Of a stretch of DNA of 64,000 nucleotides, positions 33,699 to 45,820 are shown one piece after another; positions within the stretch are counted from its first letter, which is position 1, and every line of letters starts with the position of its first letter. Origin of the DNA: Halocafeteria seosinensis (lineage: Eukaryota); NCBI GenBank assembly GCA_001687465.1, contig LVLI01000154.1, positions 62,001-126,000 of the forward strand, in the 5' to 3' direction. The translations under genes were made by a program, and so were the position numbers. The notes under the pieces are model-generated. The model did not search any database, had not been told where the DNA came from, and saw only the letters and a list, made by a program, of their open reading frames with translations.

Positions 33699-34088
33699 GA
33701 TATTACACCTTATAAAAGGCCGTATTCAAGTTGCTACTTCCACTCGAATGTTCGATTTCTCAGTTTTTCCATCATTCCGTCACCACATACAGTTCCTCCG
33801 TGCAATCTACACATTCATGACTATCCATTATTTACCCTACAAACACGGTTTGCTCTTATATAGCACGTAAAGTTTCACGTCGTACACACACCATCCGAGT
33901 TCAACTTCAACATCGGTTTTTTGGCGCGCCAACATAACTGGGTTTGGAAGTCCGGAACTGCTACGGGTTGCTGCCGGTGCATGAAGTTTCTCAATTGCGC
34001 ACTGAAGCGGTTCACGTGAAAATAATGTGACGTTCCATTGTGTTTGATTTTGCTTTACGTCCCGAATACGTCTACCGAGAACATAGTC

Positions 34089-36072
34089 TTAGTCTACTTT
34101 TACGGACGAGAATATTTTGAACACGAAAGATCTCGCTGCCAAATAAGACACCGTCCCAGTCAAGATGCTTAATATAACACTGAATAGGCCCATGTATCCG
34201 AAATAAAATGCTGTTTGAAGAAATCCACTCATCCTCGTCTTGAATAAGAAGTAATACACGGAGTACATGAAAACATAAAACCCTGTCGAAGAGCCCGACA
34301 AGAAGCTTGTCCACGGCCATCTCCAGTCTTCCGCATTCAATTGGAGATACGTTGACATCACAGATACACAGCAGGTCACCGCAACCAGGATCAAATAAAC
34401 TAATAACATAAATCCGTAAACGTAGTAGAACTTGTAGTTCCAGAAACTCGTGAAGATATAATACATCTCTATGAAGATGCTGCCAAACGGTAAGATCCCT
34501 CCAGAGAAAATTAGCACCCAGTTATTTGTAAACAAAGATTTCTTCACCGGAAGAGGCCTCGGAATAGCATTAACTCGACAAGGGGTCCTGATGGTGCCTC
34601 CATAGCGCCGGCCGGCAAGGGTGCCGAAGATAACTAGGGGAAGCGAGACAAATAACCACAACAGAAAAAGGGAGATCATCAAAGCAGCACGCATCGTATT
34701 CACAGTATTATAATATAACGCCACCAGGTTCAGACTGAATAGCGTGAAGAAGAGAATACCAGGAAGCAGGGCGGCTGTTAAAAACATTACCCGGACCCAA
34801 TTCCTGTCAGAAGAAGCAGAGTGCTGCGCTCTATAAAAAGCTCCGCTAACGAAACCGGCAGCACCTGAGGTCAAGGAATAGCCAACAATGACGGCTGTCC
34901 CAATCGCGCCTCGATCTACGTAGAGAGAGCCAGCGAGTGAAGCGACAATAACAATCAGTACCATCAGTACCAACTGCGCTCCAGCCCCCACAAGCGATGC
35001 CAGCAATTCAAATGCAGGAGGGCGTCGAAACACATCTCCATGCACTTGTTTCCATCCCGAATCTTCACCTGTCGCGTACGACACAGCCTTGTCGAAGCTT
35101 TCCAGGTCCTCGTCTTCTTGCATGTACCTGGCCAAGTCTTTCTTGAGAGTGCGTACAAGAATTAAAGCCACACCACCACAGAGAAATACAACCATCATGA
35201 AGGCATTGAAAATAGAGAACCAATGGATTTGATGTTCAAAAAAGTTCTGGTCCAAATAGCGCTGGAAACGAGTCTCAAAAGGCTGCATACACGAAACAGG
35301 TATAAGTGGTGCATCTCAGACGTGTGTCCGGCACCAATACGACTTACCTTCTTGGTGGGAACCCATTTTACCGAGTAACTCAAGTCGAAGGTTTTCCCTG
35401 TCTTGATCTCAACGGGCTCGTCCGTAGTCAAGTTCACTTCCACTATCCTATTGTCATTATAACTGATACTCAGAGACTTGTGCGTATACAGATAATTGAC
35501 CTTGTTGCCATGCTCCTCATGTGGCTGCATCATGTGCTCTCTAGCTTTTTTCTTGTCTTGGAGGGGCTCTCCTACATTTTCTCCGACAAGTCCCCACACA
35601 GGAAGCTCATCCACAAACACCTGGTACCAATAATGGTTTAATACGGCATAGTGAAACTGTTGCGCGCTGTCTTCATCCAAGGTCATCGAGCAGTAGGGCG
35701 TATGGTCTCTATTTTCTGCAAACACACACGACACCGAGAGAGATACTAGGTGAGCTTTTCCCTTGTGACCCAAAAAAGCTTCAATTTACCTCTGAAATTG
35801 ATTTTCAAGTCACTATTCACCAATTCTGTGCCTTCCAAGAGCTCTCCCAAGCCTGCAAAGCGGTTCCTTGGCTGCAGTTCTTCCGGTGGAGCACAATACG
35901 GTAGCGTGTAGAATAAGTAAGCCTCCTGGGGATTGTGATACGGCCCTACTTTGCAGAGCCATAACGTGACAGGCTCGCCTTTCTCGTATACATGTGTGGT
36001 CTCATCAGCTCTGGCTTCCAAAATAACAGCCAAGAGCAAGGCTGCTCCCGTTATCCACCCTGATATCTTCAT
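34089..36072 (-). CDS. Transmembrane 9 superfamily (EMP70, TM9SF3-like) protein, 3 exons
   Basis: Signal peptide, KVGPYHNPQE, QIHWFSIFNAFMMVVFL, GWKQVHGDVFR, GGILPFGSIFIE, C-terminal VKVD. Confidence 0.93.
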
Positions 36073-36728
36073 TCTAACTACTCGTTTGCTTCACTGCTCG
36101 CACCTCTCTACTCTCCAGGTAGAGTGCAACACACCCTATCGAAAACACCGAGGCAAACAAGCGCCAAATGCTCCAATATGTACAATGTGTTGTAGCTCAG
36201 GTATTGACCCGGCCGAAAGTTAAGATACGTCAATCTTTTGTGCTAGTTGAAGTTAGGCACACGCTTCCAAGTGAGCTGAATGAATAAGTAGCTAATTCGC
36301 TGGATTGCACGAGGTAACCAATTATGAAGAACTTGACGAAGAGGATGGTGTGCAGGACGAGGGTGTCGACGGGTATCAGACAATCACTGTTCTAACCTCG
36401 CGGAGAAACGGGGACACAAAATTGTAGCGCGTTCAATTCAGCTGTTTCACGGCCATATTGCAACAGCATGTCAAGAAATGAATATATGACATCTGCTTAT
36501 ACATGTACATATCCATCCATCAATTATGGTAGCTGCATTTCGCTCACGTATACGGTATTTCGACACGATTCTCGCCTAAACGTCAAACAATTGTTTCACT
36601 CAGGATCGCAGCCAGCGTCGCGTAGCTAGTTGAGTTTCGTGGGTTGACAGCCTTTGAGAAGGACAGCTGTGAGCAAGCACTTGACATTCGGCCAGAGAAG
36701 CAATACCCACATCCTATACCGGAAAACA

Positions 36729-38057
36729 ATGGCTTTCTCGCGAGGTAGAGGTAAGTCAAGCGAGCCACTGACTCATTGGCCTTGGGGATGGTGTGGACCC
36801 CTAGTGGTCCCCTCATCCGAAGTACCGCTACCTTTTTTGTAGTTATCTGAACGGTACCGACCTCCCCTGTCGGAGTATATCTGGTCTGGAACTGTGTACA
36901 TTCACGCTGATTGCTTTCGTTGCACAGGAGGTGGAGGCGATCGTGGGCGTGGACGTGGCGGCGGCCGAGGCGGCCGCGGCGGCGGTGACCGTGGAAGAGG
37001 AGGAGGTCGAGGAAGAGGTGGTGATCGAGGTGGACGAGGAGGTGGTCGTGGAGCTCCAAGAGGTCGTGGTGCACCTAGAGGGGGCCGTGGAGGAGGGTAA
37101 GTGCATATACGATATTCAAACTACGGAGCGATGGATCGGAGGTATACATTCGTTGTTGACTTGGCTGCAGACGAGGTGGTATGAAAGGAGGACAGAAGGT
37201 AATCATCGAGCCTCACAGACACGAAGGCGTATACATTGCACGAGGAAAAGAAGACGCATTAGTTACTAAGAACTTAACACCAGGAAAACAGGTGTATGGC
37301 GAGAAGCTTATAAAAGTTGATGTATGTACTGGTTTCGAGGTGTTGGAATGGTTTGCGGTTGTTCATCTATGTGACGCTGAGTTGGTTGCAGGGATCCGAC
37401 GGGGAGAAGGTGGAATATCGTGTTTGGAACCCTTTCCGTTCTAAATTGGCAGCAGGAGTTTTAGGCGGTATGTATTTACACTACTGACAGATGACTGAGG
37501 TTTAGGAGCAATGTACACTGAATATTATCTTGGCTTATTGTTTTACAGGGATCGCTAACATGCATATGCATCCCGGTTACAAAGTGCTGTACCTAGGTGC
37601 AGCATCCGGAACTACGGTATCACACGTTAGCGATATCGTTGGACAAGAAGGAGCAGTTTACGCAGTTGAGTTCAGTCATAGGAGTGGACGTGACCTTATA
37701 AACATGGCCAAATCGCGTACAAACGTCGTCCCGGTGATTGAAGATGCGCGCCACCCATTGAAGTACAGAATGCTTGTCGGCATGGTTGATACAATATTCG
37801 CTGATGTGGCACAGCCTGATCAATCCCGTATAGTTGCCTTGAATGCCCAATACTTCTTGAAGAACGGTGGACATTTCGTTATTTCTGTTAAAGCAAGCTG
37901 CGTAGACTCTACCGTCGCTCCCGAGGCTGTGTTTGCTCGTGAAAGGAACAAACTTAGTGAGTCAGGTCTCAAACCGAAAGAACAGCTTACCCTCGAACCT
38001 TACGAGAGAGACCACGCAATTTTGGTCGGTGAATATCGCCCGCTAGCTGAGAAATAA
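36729..38057 (+). CDS. FBL: Fibrillarin (rRNA 2'-O-methyltransferase), spliced
   Basis: RGG/GAR domain, [67 protein letters not shown]. First exon is 36729-36750. Confidence 0.97.
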
Positions 38058-38098
38058 ATGTTACACACATTTACATGTAAAACAGTAAGTCGTATCTA

Positions 38099-38780
38099 CT
38101 ATCTCCCCAGACCGCGGGAGCCACGACCATACTGCAGTCCAGACATGAACTGTCGTTCTAATGCTTCTCTTTGACTTTGATAGTAATCCGCCCCTTTTGA
38201 TTTGGCACTATTGGATGTATCTACCTCAGTGCCACCGCTTTTTCTGGCCTTCTTACCCGCCCCAGCCAGTTTGAGGAACTTCTCACTTTTTCCTTCGCTC
38301 AACGACGATAAATCCTCAGTTGACCAATTGCTTCGTCGTTTCTCGGGCTTCTGTAGGAGGAAAAAGATTTCCATTCCAGTGGAATCGTGACCGCGCCATT
38401 GCATTTAGTCTACGTACTGAGTTTCTTGGCTCCTTGGATTCACCTCCGCTGCTCGGCAAGCTCTCCGGGGCCGCCGCGGTGTTACTCCGTCCAGTACCAC
38501 TACTTTGCTCCGCGGATGTCGTAGAACTAGCTGCGGTTTGCTTCGGCTGGCCTAGTCTTGCTGCCATCGATCTGGCTCGAGCCACTGCACTTGCCAGGTC
38601 TGCTTGGCTTCCAGAACCATTATCCGAAGGCGCAGCACTTCCAGCCACATCGGATGACCGCGCAGGGGAATATCGCGAATGTTCCACCGTAGCACTAGTG
38701 GCACAGTTTGTAGTGGTGGTCGTATCTGAGCTCTCTGCACTCTGAGTTCCTGCTGCGCTGGGAGTTGAAGACGAGGCCAT
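38099..38780 (-). CDS. Small protein with C-terminal SMAP (small acidic protein) domain, 2 exons
   Basis: W...L.....KFLKLAGAGK...LERQF..G motif. A GTACGT...CTACAG intron joins the two ORFs. Confidence 0.6.
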
Positions 38781-38917
38781 TTCGGTCTGTTTGCATAGTA
38801 TACGCCCAAAATATAAAGTAAGACGATTTAGATGGATTGACTACGTTTGAAATGTAATATTTAATCATTATTGACAAACCTTCTTAGATTGAGATTTCTA
38901 GCAGAAAGACACTGGGA

Positions 38918-40024
38918 ATGGGGAAAGCCAAGAAGCGCTCCCGGGCGATTGTTAAAGACTATAGCGGGCCTACTATAAAATCGCGCCGTCTTGCTCGGAA
39001 ATTGACGACTGAGTTCCATCGCATTCACCAAGAGCTGACGCAATTGCAGGAGCTGGAGGAAGCCGAAGGAAGTGGTGGAACGTCCAAGGTTAGGTATCGA
39101 CAGAAGCGCATGGAGGAATTACAGAAACAATTGGATGAAATGGGTGGACGGGAAATGTATCAGGAAGCGAGCGCCATATCGACAGAGCATTTTAAGTCCA
39201 GCCGATTCGTGTTCCAGCAGTTGACAAAGCAAGGATTACGGCCGCAGAAAAAACAGCCGAAACTCAGAGTCTTGGAAATAGGTGCTGTGAATACGCAGTT
39301 AGTCTCGTGCCCGTGGATGAACGTAAGGGCGATTGATCTGCGCAGTCGGGATCCGAAAATAGAGGAAACTGACTTCTTTAATATATCTACGGACGCGAAG
39401 CCGACGGAACAGGAAACTCTCATGTATCGCAACACTGCATGCTCTGCATGCCAAGAAAAGACCTGTCACGGGATAGTGGAAGAGGGTCGGTCAGGGGAAG
39501 GTCGTCCGGAGGAAGTAAGCCGCAAGTCCTTGAGGTATGGGGGAGAATATGATGTGATTGTAAATTCAATGGTTATCAACTCTGTATTCGAACCGTCTTC
39601 ACGTGGAGAGATGCTAAAGAAGTGCTACACACTCCTACGTCCCGGAGGAAGATTGTTTCTCATGCTACCGAGACGGTGTATTGAAAAGTCCCCTGTTTAT
39701 TCGACCCACGATTTTCTTCAGTGTCTTAATTATGTTGGGTTCCGCTTTGTATTTTGGAGAAACACTCCGAAAATTGCAATGCTCTGCCTTATACGACCTG
39801 CAATATGTGAATGTTCTTGCCATACGAATGATTCATGGCTCGTTCTACGTCCATTTGAAAGCGAAAGTGTTCCTCCACGTGCTGTTTCAAAAATAAGGTC
39901 ACTTCAGAAGGATGTCGACTCTAGTGTACCCAAGTGGCCGTGGGAACAGGTGGAATTGGTCGTCCCGGGTCGAAAGTCTACGACGACCCATTTTGCCATA
40001 ACACTGGACACTCCTCATTCCTGA
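38918..40024 (+). CDS. BMT2: 25S rRNA adenine-N1 methyltransferase Bmt2/SAMTOR family
   Basis: MGGREMYQEAS, LRVLEIGA, RAIDL.S.DPKIEETDFF, YDVIVNSMVIN.V..PSSRGEML, LFLMLPRRC. Confidence 0.85.
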   Translation: MGKAKKRSRAIVKDYSGPTIKSRRLARKLTTEFHRIHQELTQLQELEEAEGSGGTSKVRYRQKRMEELQKQLDEMGGREMYQEASAISTEHFKSSRFVFQQLTKQGLRPQKKQPKLRVLEIGAVNTQLVSCPWMNVRAIDLRSRDPKIEETDFFNISTDAKPTEQETLMYRNTACSACQEKTCHGIVEEGRSGEGRPEEVSRKSLRYGGEYDVIVNSMVINSVFEPSSRGEMLKKCYTLLRPGGRLFLMLPRRCIEKSPVYSTHDFLQCLNYVGFRFVFWRNTPKIAMLCLIRPAICECSCHTNDSWLVLRPFESESVPPRAVSKIRSLQKDVDSSVPKWPWEQVELVVPGRKSTTTHFAITLDTPHS

Positions 40025-40658
40025 AGATTCGACACTGTTATCGTTTTGATTGAAGAAGCTTAATTGGTTAACTCAGCAAGGGTGGAGTGGTGGTGACAAG
40101 ACTAGTATTCAGATAAGCAATGCTAAATCAATGTACGTGCCTGGACAAATGGAGAACGGCATTTAGAGTTTAGTTTTTGAAAACGGAACTTTGATGCAGA
40201 CTGTATCGTAGCACCCGATTCGATCGAAGACATTCCAGAAATCCGGACGCAAAGTGGTCTAGACTCTGGAATCGGATTGAAGGACACAATGGCTCTCCAG
40301 AGCATGCACAAACCACAAACCGTGCGTCGGAGTTCCTATGTACACAATTTTTTCACATTTTAGTACAAATTGCGATCAGAAGCCGCTGGTGAGCCAACGA
40401 CCACCCTTCAGTAGGGAGGTGGACCACCGCTGGTCCACCAGTGGTTCTTGGCACATTTGAATTTTTCGGCGCTGCAGGCTGCAGCCGGTGGCGTTAAGTT
40501 GAAGCTCCAATTCAAAAAAAGACACGAGATTATAACGCTTCTATTACGCGGGCATGTTAATACATGGTCCAAGCAAGGATAGAGAATAATACTCACATTT
40601 TGTTGCTTGGTGTGTGTACGGTAGCTATTGATTCTTTGTGCTATAAAGTCCCACAACC

Positions 40659-42788
40659 ATGGCAGATTCCGACTCAGATGTCAGCATATTATCGATTCAT
40701 TCACTTCCACGGAAGGAAAATACCTACCCTTGGGACATTACAGAGGAAGATGATGGCCAAGACTCTCCTACCATCGTGGACAATGATGGTTCAACGAACG
40801 GCATGAGTGAGAAAACAACCTCAAACTTGGCGGCGAAGCGCCAACCAGATGCTGGCAACGTAGAGACTGTCTCTCAAGGAGATAATAGGAGCACCAGCGC
40901 TAGTACGGATGCTTTATTTCCGTATTCCGGTTCTGGGAGCCATTCTGAGACTGCCAAAGCAGAGACTGTCTCTCAAGGGGATAGTACCAGCACCAGCGCT
41001 ACAACTGGGCGTGGTTTATTTCGGTATTCAGTTTCAGAGCACCACACGGGAGAACCTGTCTCCCAAGGGAATAATACCAGCACCAGTGCTAATACGGATC
41101 TTTTGTTTCCGTATTCAGTTTCTGAGCGCGATTCCGAAGTTAGCACGGGAGAACCTGCCTCTAAAAACAGCAGGGCTAATACGGATGTTAAAGCGAATGT
41201 TTTGTCTCCGCATTCAGTTTCTGGCAAAAAATCTGCTAGTCACATAGAAGCCAGCTGGAAGACGAGTAAACGTGGAAGTGAGTCATTTGATTTGATTTCG
41301 TTGACGTCCTCGGAAGAGAGCGGTTCAGAAGACAGTGAAGAACCTTCGTATAGTATGAGCGACTTGAACAGGGTTACCAATTTTGGGAAACCAGATGTTG
41401 CGAGTACAACTCAACCCGGTAGGGTCCTCATATCGTCAGCAGTTTCAAGGTCTGCCGTAACGGGAAATCGTCCGTTTGTTGAGAACGGAGGGACTACTCG
41501 GCATCATGAGGATTGGAAGAGTGTTGGCACCTCCGAAACCAGCTCGCTGCGCCCGCGCCGAGCAACACATGGGAACAAAGATAGCGATGTAACTACTACT
41601 GTAGAACAAGCGGTGTGCCATTACAAAGAATCTAGGCCTTACACGACTGTCAATAACGAAAAAGGATCCCGTGGTGTAGCGGCGTCTTCGCCTAGCTCGT
41701 CAATAGCTCGGGTATCCTCCATTTTGAGTGAGGGAGTTACCATGGAGCGGAGCAACGAAAAGACTGTGCATACGGCAAGCAGCGGGGGTGACGAGCGTCA
41801 CGATTCCCATAGGGCCTTTCGTGAGCAAGGTATCGTTGAAGAGCATTTGCAAGCGAAGTCTTCAGAAAGTGCCATCATAGCAGATTTCGAAGCATATTTC
41901 TCAGCCCAATTGGAATCGTTTGCACATGTGTTCGGTGAGCGCAGAGTGAATCATATTCCGAATAGAGAAGTACTGGCCTCATTGGCCAAGTTGTTTGCCC
42001 TGCCGATCGATTATTTCAAACGGAAACACCTTATTGAGCACGCGGTTTACTTGGTGAAGCACTTGAAGTTTGCAATTGTTATGATATTTTTGGATGAGCG
42101 ACACAGCTATGTAGATGCTGCTGATGGACCCCTGCATACAGACAATGAAAGCAACCAAACCTCCGAATTTTTTAGTCGCCTTAATTTTAACACGGGGGGC
42201 AGTCGGAAGAGACAGCGGACATCAGACTCAGATCATCGGCCATCAGAGAAGAAGCAAAGGATCAATGGCTTTGAAAACTATTCAACGTTTAGTGGACTGG
42301 TGTCGAATTGCCTGACTTTGCTGGGAAAGCTTCGAGAAAGGGATGATAAGTTTCATCAATATTTTTCGCTTACCCGACAGATCATAGAACAGAGTAATGA
42401 CTTAAGCGAGTCAAGCCTGAGATCTTTTTACAACACCGAGTCACTTTCATCTCCGGGTAGTTTCCAAAGATCTTTGATCAGCGAAGCAAAGCAAGATAGG
42501 CAACAAATCAAGTCTGTGCAGAAATCTCAGCAACTGGAGGATTCTATCCTACTTTGCCGCAAGATGGATTACCTGGTTTCCGAATACCAGAAGATAATGG
42601 GAGTCGAGAAGTATAGTAGAGTCTTCTCCGCGTCGGAGAAGTATCTGATTGCAGATCGCGAGCTAGAAGAAACTCCCCCAGATAATTTGTTGAGGAGACT
42701 CAAGGAAGAGTTAATGATTGCCCCTAATGTAGCCGTAGGAGCGGTAAAATCTATGCTTCCAGATCCCGCGGCCAACTACCCATCATGA
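40659..42788 (+). CDS. Hypothetical Ser/Thr-rich protein with N-terminal tandem repeats and helical C-terminus
   Basis: 709-aa ORF with NLS-like RKRQR...KKQR. Confidence 0.6.
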   Translation: MADSDSDVSILSIHSLPRKENTYPWDITEEDDGQDSPTIVDNDGSTNGMSEKTTSNLAAKRQPDAGNVETVSQGDNRSTSASTDALFPYSGSGSHSETAKAETVSQGDSTSTSATTGRGLFRYSVSEHHTGEPVSQGNNTSTSANTDLLFPYSVSERDSEVSTGEPASKNSRANTDVKANVLSPHSVSGKKSASHIEASWKTSKRGSESFDLISLTSSEESGSEDSEEPSYSMSDLNRVTNFGKPDVASTTQPGRVLISSAVSRSAVTGNRPFVENGGTTRHHEDWKSVGTSETSSLRPRRATHGNKDSDVTTTVEQAVCHYKESRPYTTVNNEKGSRGVAASSPSSSIARVSSILSEGVTMERSNEKTVHTASSGGDERHDSHRAFREQGIVEEHLQAKSSESAIIADFEAYFSAQLESFAHVFGERRVNHIPNREVLASLAKLFALPIDYFKRKHLIEHAVYLVKHLKFAIVMIFLDERHSYVDAADGPLHTDNESNQTSEFFSRLNFNTGGSRKRQRTSDSDHRPSEKKQRINGFENYSTFSGLVSNCLTLLGKLRERDDKFHQYFSLTRQIIEQSNDLSESSLRSFYNTESLSSPGSFQRSLISEAKQDRQQIKSVQKSQQLEDSILLCRKMDYLVSEYQKIMGVEKYSRVFSASEKYLIADRELEETPPDNLLRRLKEELMIAPNVAVGAVKSMLPDPAANYPS
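40863..41225 (+). repeat. About 4 degenerate coding tandem repeats (90-99 nt), E[T/P]VSQG.N.STSA.T..LF.YS
   Basis: GAGACTGTCTCTCAAGG at 40863 and 40962, GAACCTGTCTCCCAAGG at ~41052, and a diverged copy at ~41151. Confidence 0.85.
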
Positions 42789-42976
42789 TCCCTCACCGAC
42801 AACATAATGCTCGAAGAGGAGCGTCGATTTCAATGAGATGAGTATATCTGAAGTCTTACCGTGAGAGAGGTTAGACCGATTGTCTCCAAACAGACTTCCC
42901 AGGATTCAGGAGCGGGGCATCGCATCGAAACGGATTGGTGCTCCCATTGGGCCACAGGAGTAGCTTTCAATGACCA

Positions 42977-45039
42977 TCATTGCTTTCCTAAGAAAGTATA
43001 CGTGATCTCCTTATCCCAGTAATCACATATGGGACCATTTGGAGCAGTCTCTATTTTATTTGAAGGTGTTTGGAATAACATCATACGCTCGCTCCTTGTC
43101 GATTTTGAATCGTATGCAGGCCATTGTAATGGTTCAGCGGGTGCGATTCCCGGCGAGTATGCCTTTGCGAAACTAGTAAGGTAATTCCCCATCGATGTAG
43201 CCAGTACATGTTCGGTCGATGAAAAATTGAATCGGAACGGGGCTATGGGCGGATTGAACCAGAACATCAAGTCAGCAGAATGGCATACCTTATTGTCGCA
43301 CATTGTATAATTAGGCCCCCACTGTTCTTTTGTAAAAGTTGCAATGTGGTCAAAATGATACATCCAAATGCCCTGAGTACTGGCATTGGATAGAGCCTGC
43401 ATTGAATGCCTAACAGGGCAATGGAACCATCCGTCTGTGGCTATCTGTGCGAGTAGAGGCCGCGTATCATTCTGCAGTCCAGGAGGTACAGGATATTTTT
43501 GCATAATTTTTGCGCCAGCGCCAGTTCCAAACACCCTAGGAACGACGTATTCAAACAATTTGACAGGAACTTTAAAAGGAAATATCGCATATATAAACAT
43601 CCATCCTTCGTTCCGTACTGTACCAGCAACAATTGGCTTCCGCTGAACCAGGGTTACGTTTCCAAATGCGTACAGAGGTTGGTCTGGACAATCCGTAGTT
43701 CCCACAATGGGTCCCCATGGGTTGAGCGCAGATAGCAGGTCGTCGAATCGTGAAAACAATTGACCTTGGGCTTTCAATGATCCACTTAGTATTTCTCCCG
43801 GGGCCTTGGACCTCATGCAGACTTCGATGTGACGAAGCGGGTCAGACTTGCCTCCGCAATCAAGTTCTGAAGAGACCAGACGGGTCAGATTAACCGCTGA
43901 TTCTTTTCCTCGAAAAGGAAATCCCATTGGTTCGGAAAGCATAACTCCTGCGTCGAAATATGTGTCACTTGGTTCTGCTATCAAATGTGTGGCAACAGAT
44001 TGAGCACCCGCAGACTGCCCCATTATCGTCACGTGCGAAGGGTCACCACCAAAGGCTTCGATATTCTCTTTAACAAACCTCATTGCCATTCTCTGATCTT
44101 GGATACCAAAGTTACCTGCGATACTTGTGTTGCTTCCACTACCAGTGTAAAGGAATCCGAAGATATCCAATCGATAATTCACGGTTACAACCTGTGCACC
44201 AGAATAGATGATCCACTCCGACAGAAAGATACATGACACGATAGTCACGCACAATTATTTTGGAACTATTAGATAGGTGAATTCCATCGTAAACCGGTCC
44301 ACCGCTATAGCCCTCCCGGAAATTTCCACCATGTATGAACCTGAATTGTAGGATGTACAGTCGGTTCAGGGACCTTCCCTTCTGTATCAAGACTCAGCTT
44401 ACAACAATACTGGCAACAGTTCGTCGATCTGTTCCACGGAGGGAGTAAAGACATTTAAGAACAGACAGTCCTCTGCACAAAGAGATCTGCAACTCTGGAA
44501 TCCAACACGTCAAGACACGAGTTGATACATGATCTTACCGGTAACTCTCTTTGGACATGTATGGGGAGGTAGCGAACAATGCTGGTAGCACCCTGGTGGG
44601 TCTGAAAAGCGTGAAATCTCATGCAGAGCAATGAGCGTGTACTTTTCCTAATAAAATCTGATACCGTAAACTAAGCTAGTGCCGTACCTTGTGTAGCTTG
44701 CAACACTGTGGGTTGCCACGCGTTCACCATTCTGGGGCTCTCCCATCGCAAATCTCCCGTAGGTGGCTGTGCATAGGGGATCGATCTGAATTTTCGGCCT
44801 TCGGGGACAACTTGCCCTTGTATTTGTCCCAGCGTCGTGTTCACTATGGAAGGGTCACTTCCTGTCATGGGAACCTTGAATGAACCTCGGGAACTACCTG
44901 CGTGTTCCATGTTTCGCCGCAGCATGGACCTCGCTGAGCCTGGGAAGTGTGCCAGTTGGTCAAAGATGGTCTCCTCACTGCCAGCGTTCGTATAGCCTGC
45001 GAACACAGTGAGGAGAAGAACCAATATGTTGAGGCGCAT
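42977..45039 (-). CDS. Secreted type-B carboxylesterase (cholinesterase-like), multi-exon
   Basis: Signal peptide MRLNILVLLL, IPYAQPP.GDLRW, EDCLFLNVF, FIHGGNF, VTVNYRL, GQSAG nucleophile, GTVRNEG, CHSADL. Confidence 0.9.
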
Positions 45040-45820
45040 CCTTCCCTTCGCGCCGTTTGATGAGGTGCAGAACAAGTGCAGAGACGATTCCCTCTAGTGT
45101 ATTGGTGCATAGACTATGCAACACTTAAATGCACCTAAGTACCATAAGTGTCTTCCTTTATTTACTGGGGACTTTGTCAAGGATGGGTGAAAGTAGTTGT
45201 TGTACCAATACCTAAGTCTCAGCCGTGAGGTCGGATCGTGGGATTGAGAACTTTCTGAACCTGGAGCGGAATCCACAGTATTGCGCCCCGCAGTCGACAA
45301 GAAGCAAACTTAAGGGAGCATTGGACTATCGGCAACGAGCGGACAGGGTTTCTCCTTAACTTTCTAGACATTGAATTGTGCGAGCTGCTTGCACGAACAC
45401 GGCCTAATATGAGTCTCAGACACGGACGACTGGAATCTGAAGACCGGAAGTGAAGGATTTGTCTCAACATGTTGTTTCTTCTACCAACGGTGGGTTCACT
45501 GGGTTGTTCTGGAAACTTGTTCACAGATGCTATGCGCGCTGTGGATCCTTACCTCGGGGTGCTCAAATGTTGTTTGGGTGGATGACTATCAGAGACACAA
45601 CGTTACAAACGTGGGTGACACATGGCGTGAAGTTTGGGTAACTCTTTCTCTCAGAGTCTCTCAAAGTGCAACATATTTCTGGGACTGGGGTGTATGATGT
45701 AACCTAAGCTGGGGTATATTAAGGTCTGAGTTGGCTCAGGTAAAAAATCCTGTTGTTCATGCCCACTACGTAGCACCTGACAGAACGTCCTCTACTTAAT
45801 ACAGCAGCCACTTTTCATTC

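Noticed and set aside
36583..37269. His-rich, Ser/Thr-rich and Val/Glu-rich ORFs
   Set aside because: These are alternative frames of the fibrillarin RGG repeat.
45094..45780. Short ORFs and a possible splice donor between the carboxylesterase and UQCRH
   Set aside because: I could not build a coherent gene model or recognise any motif.
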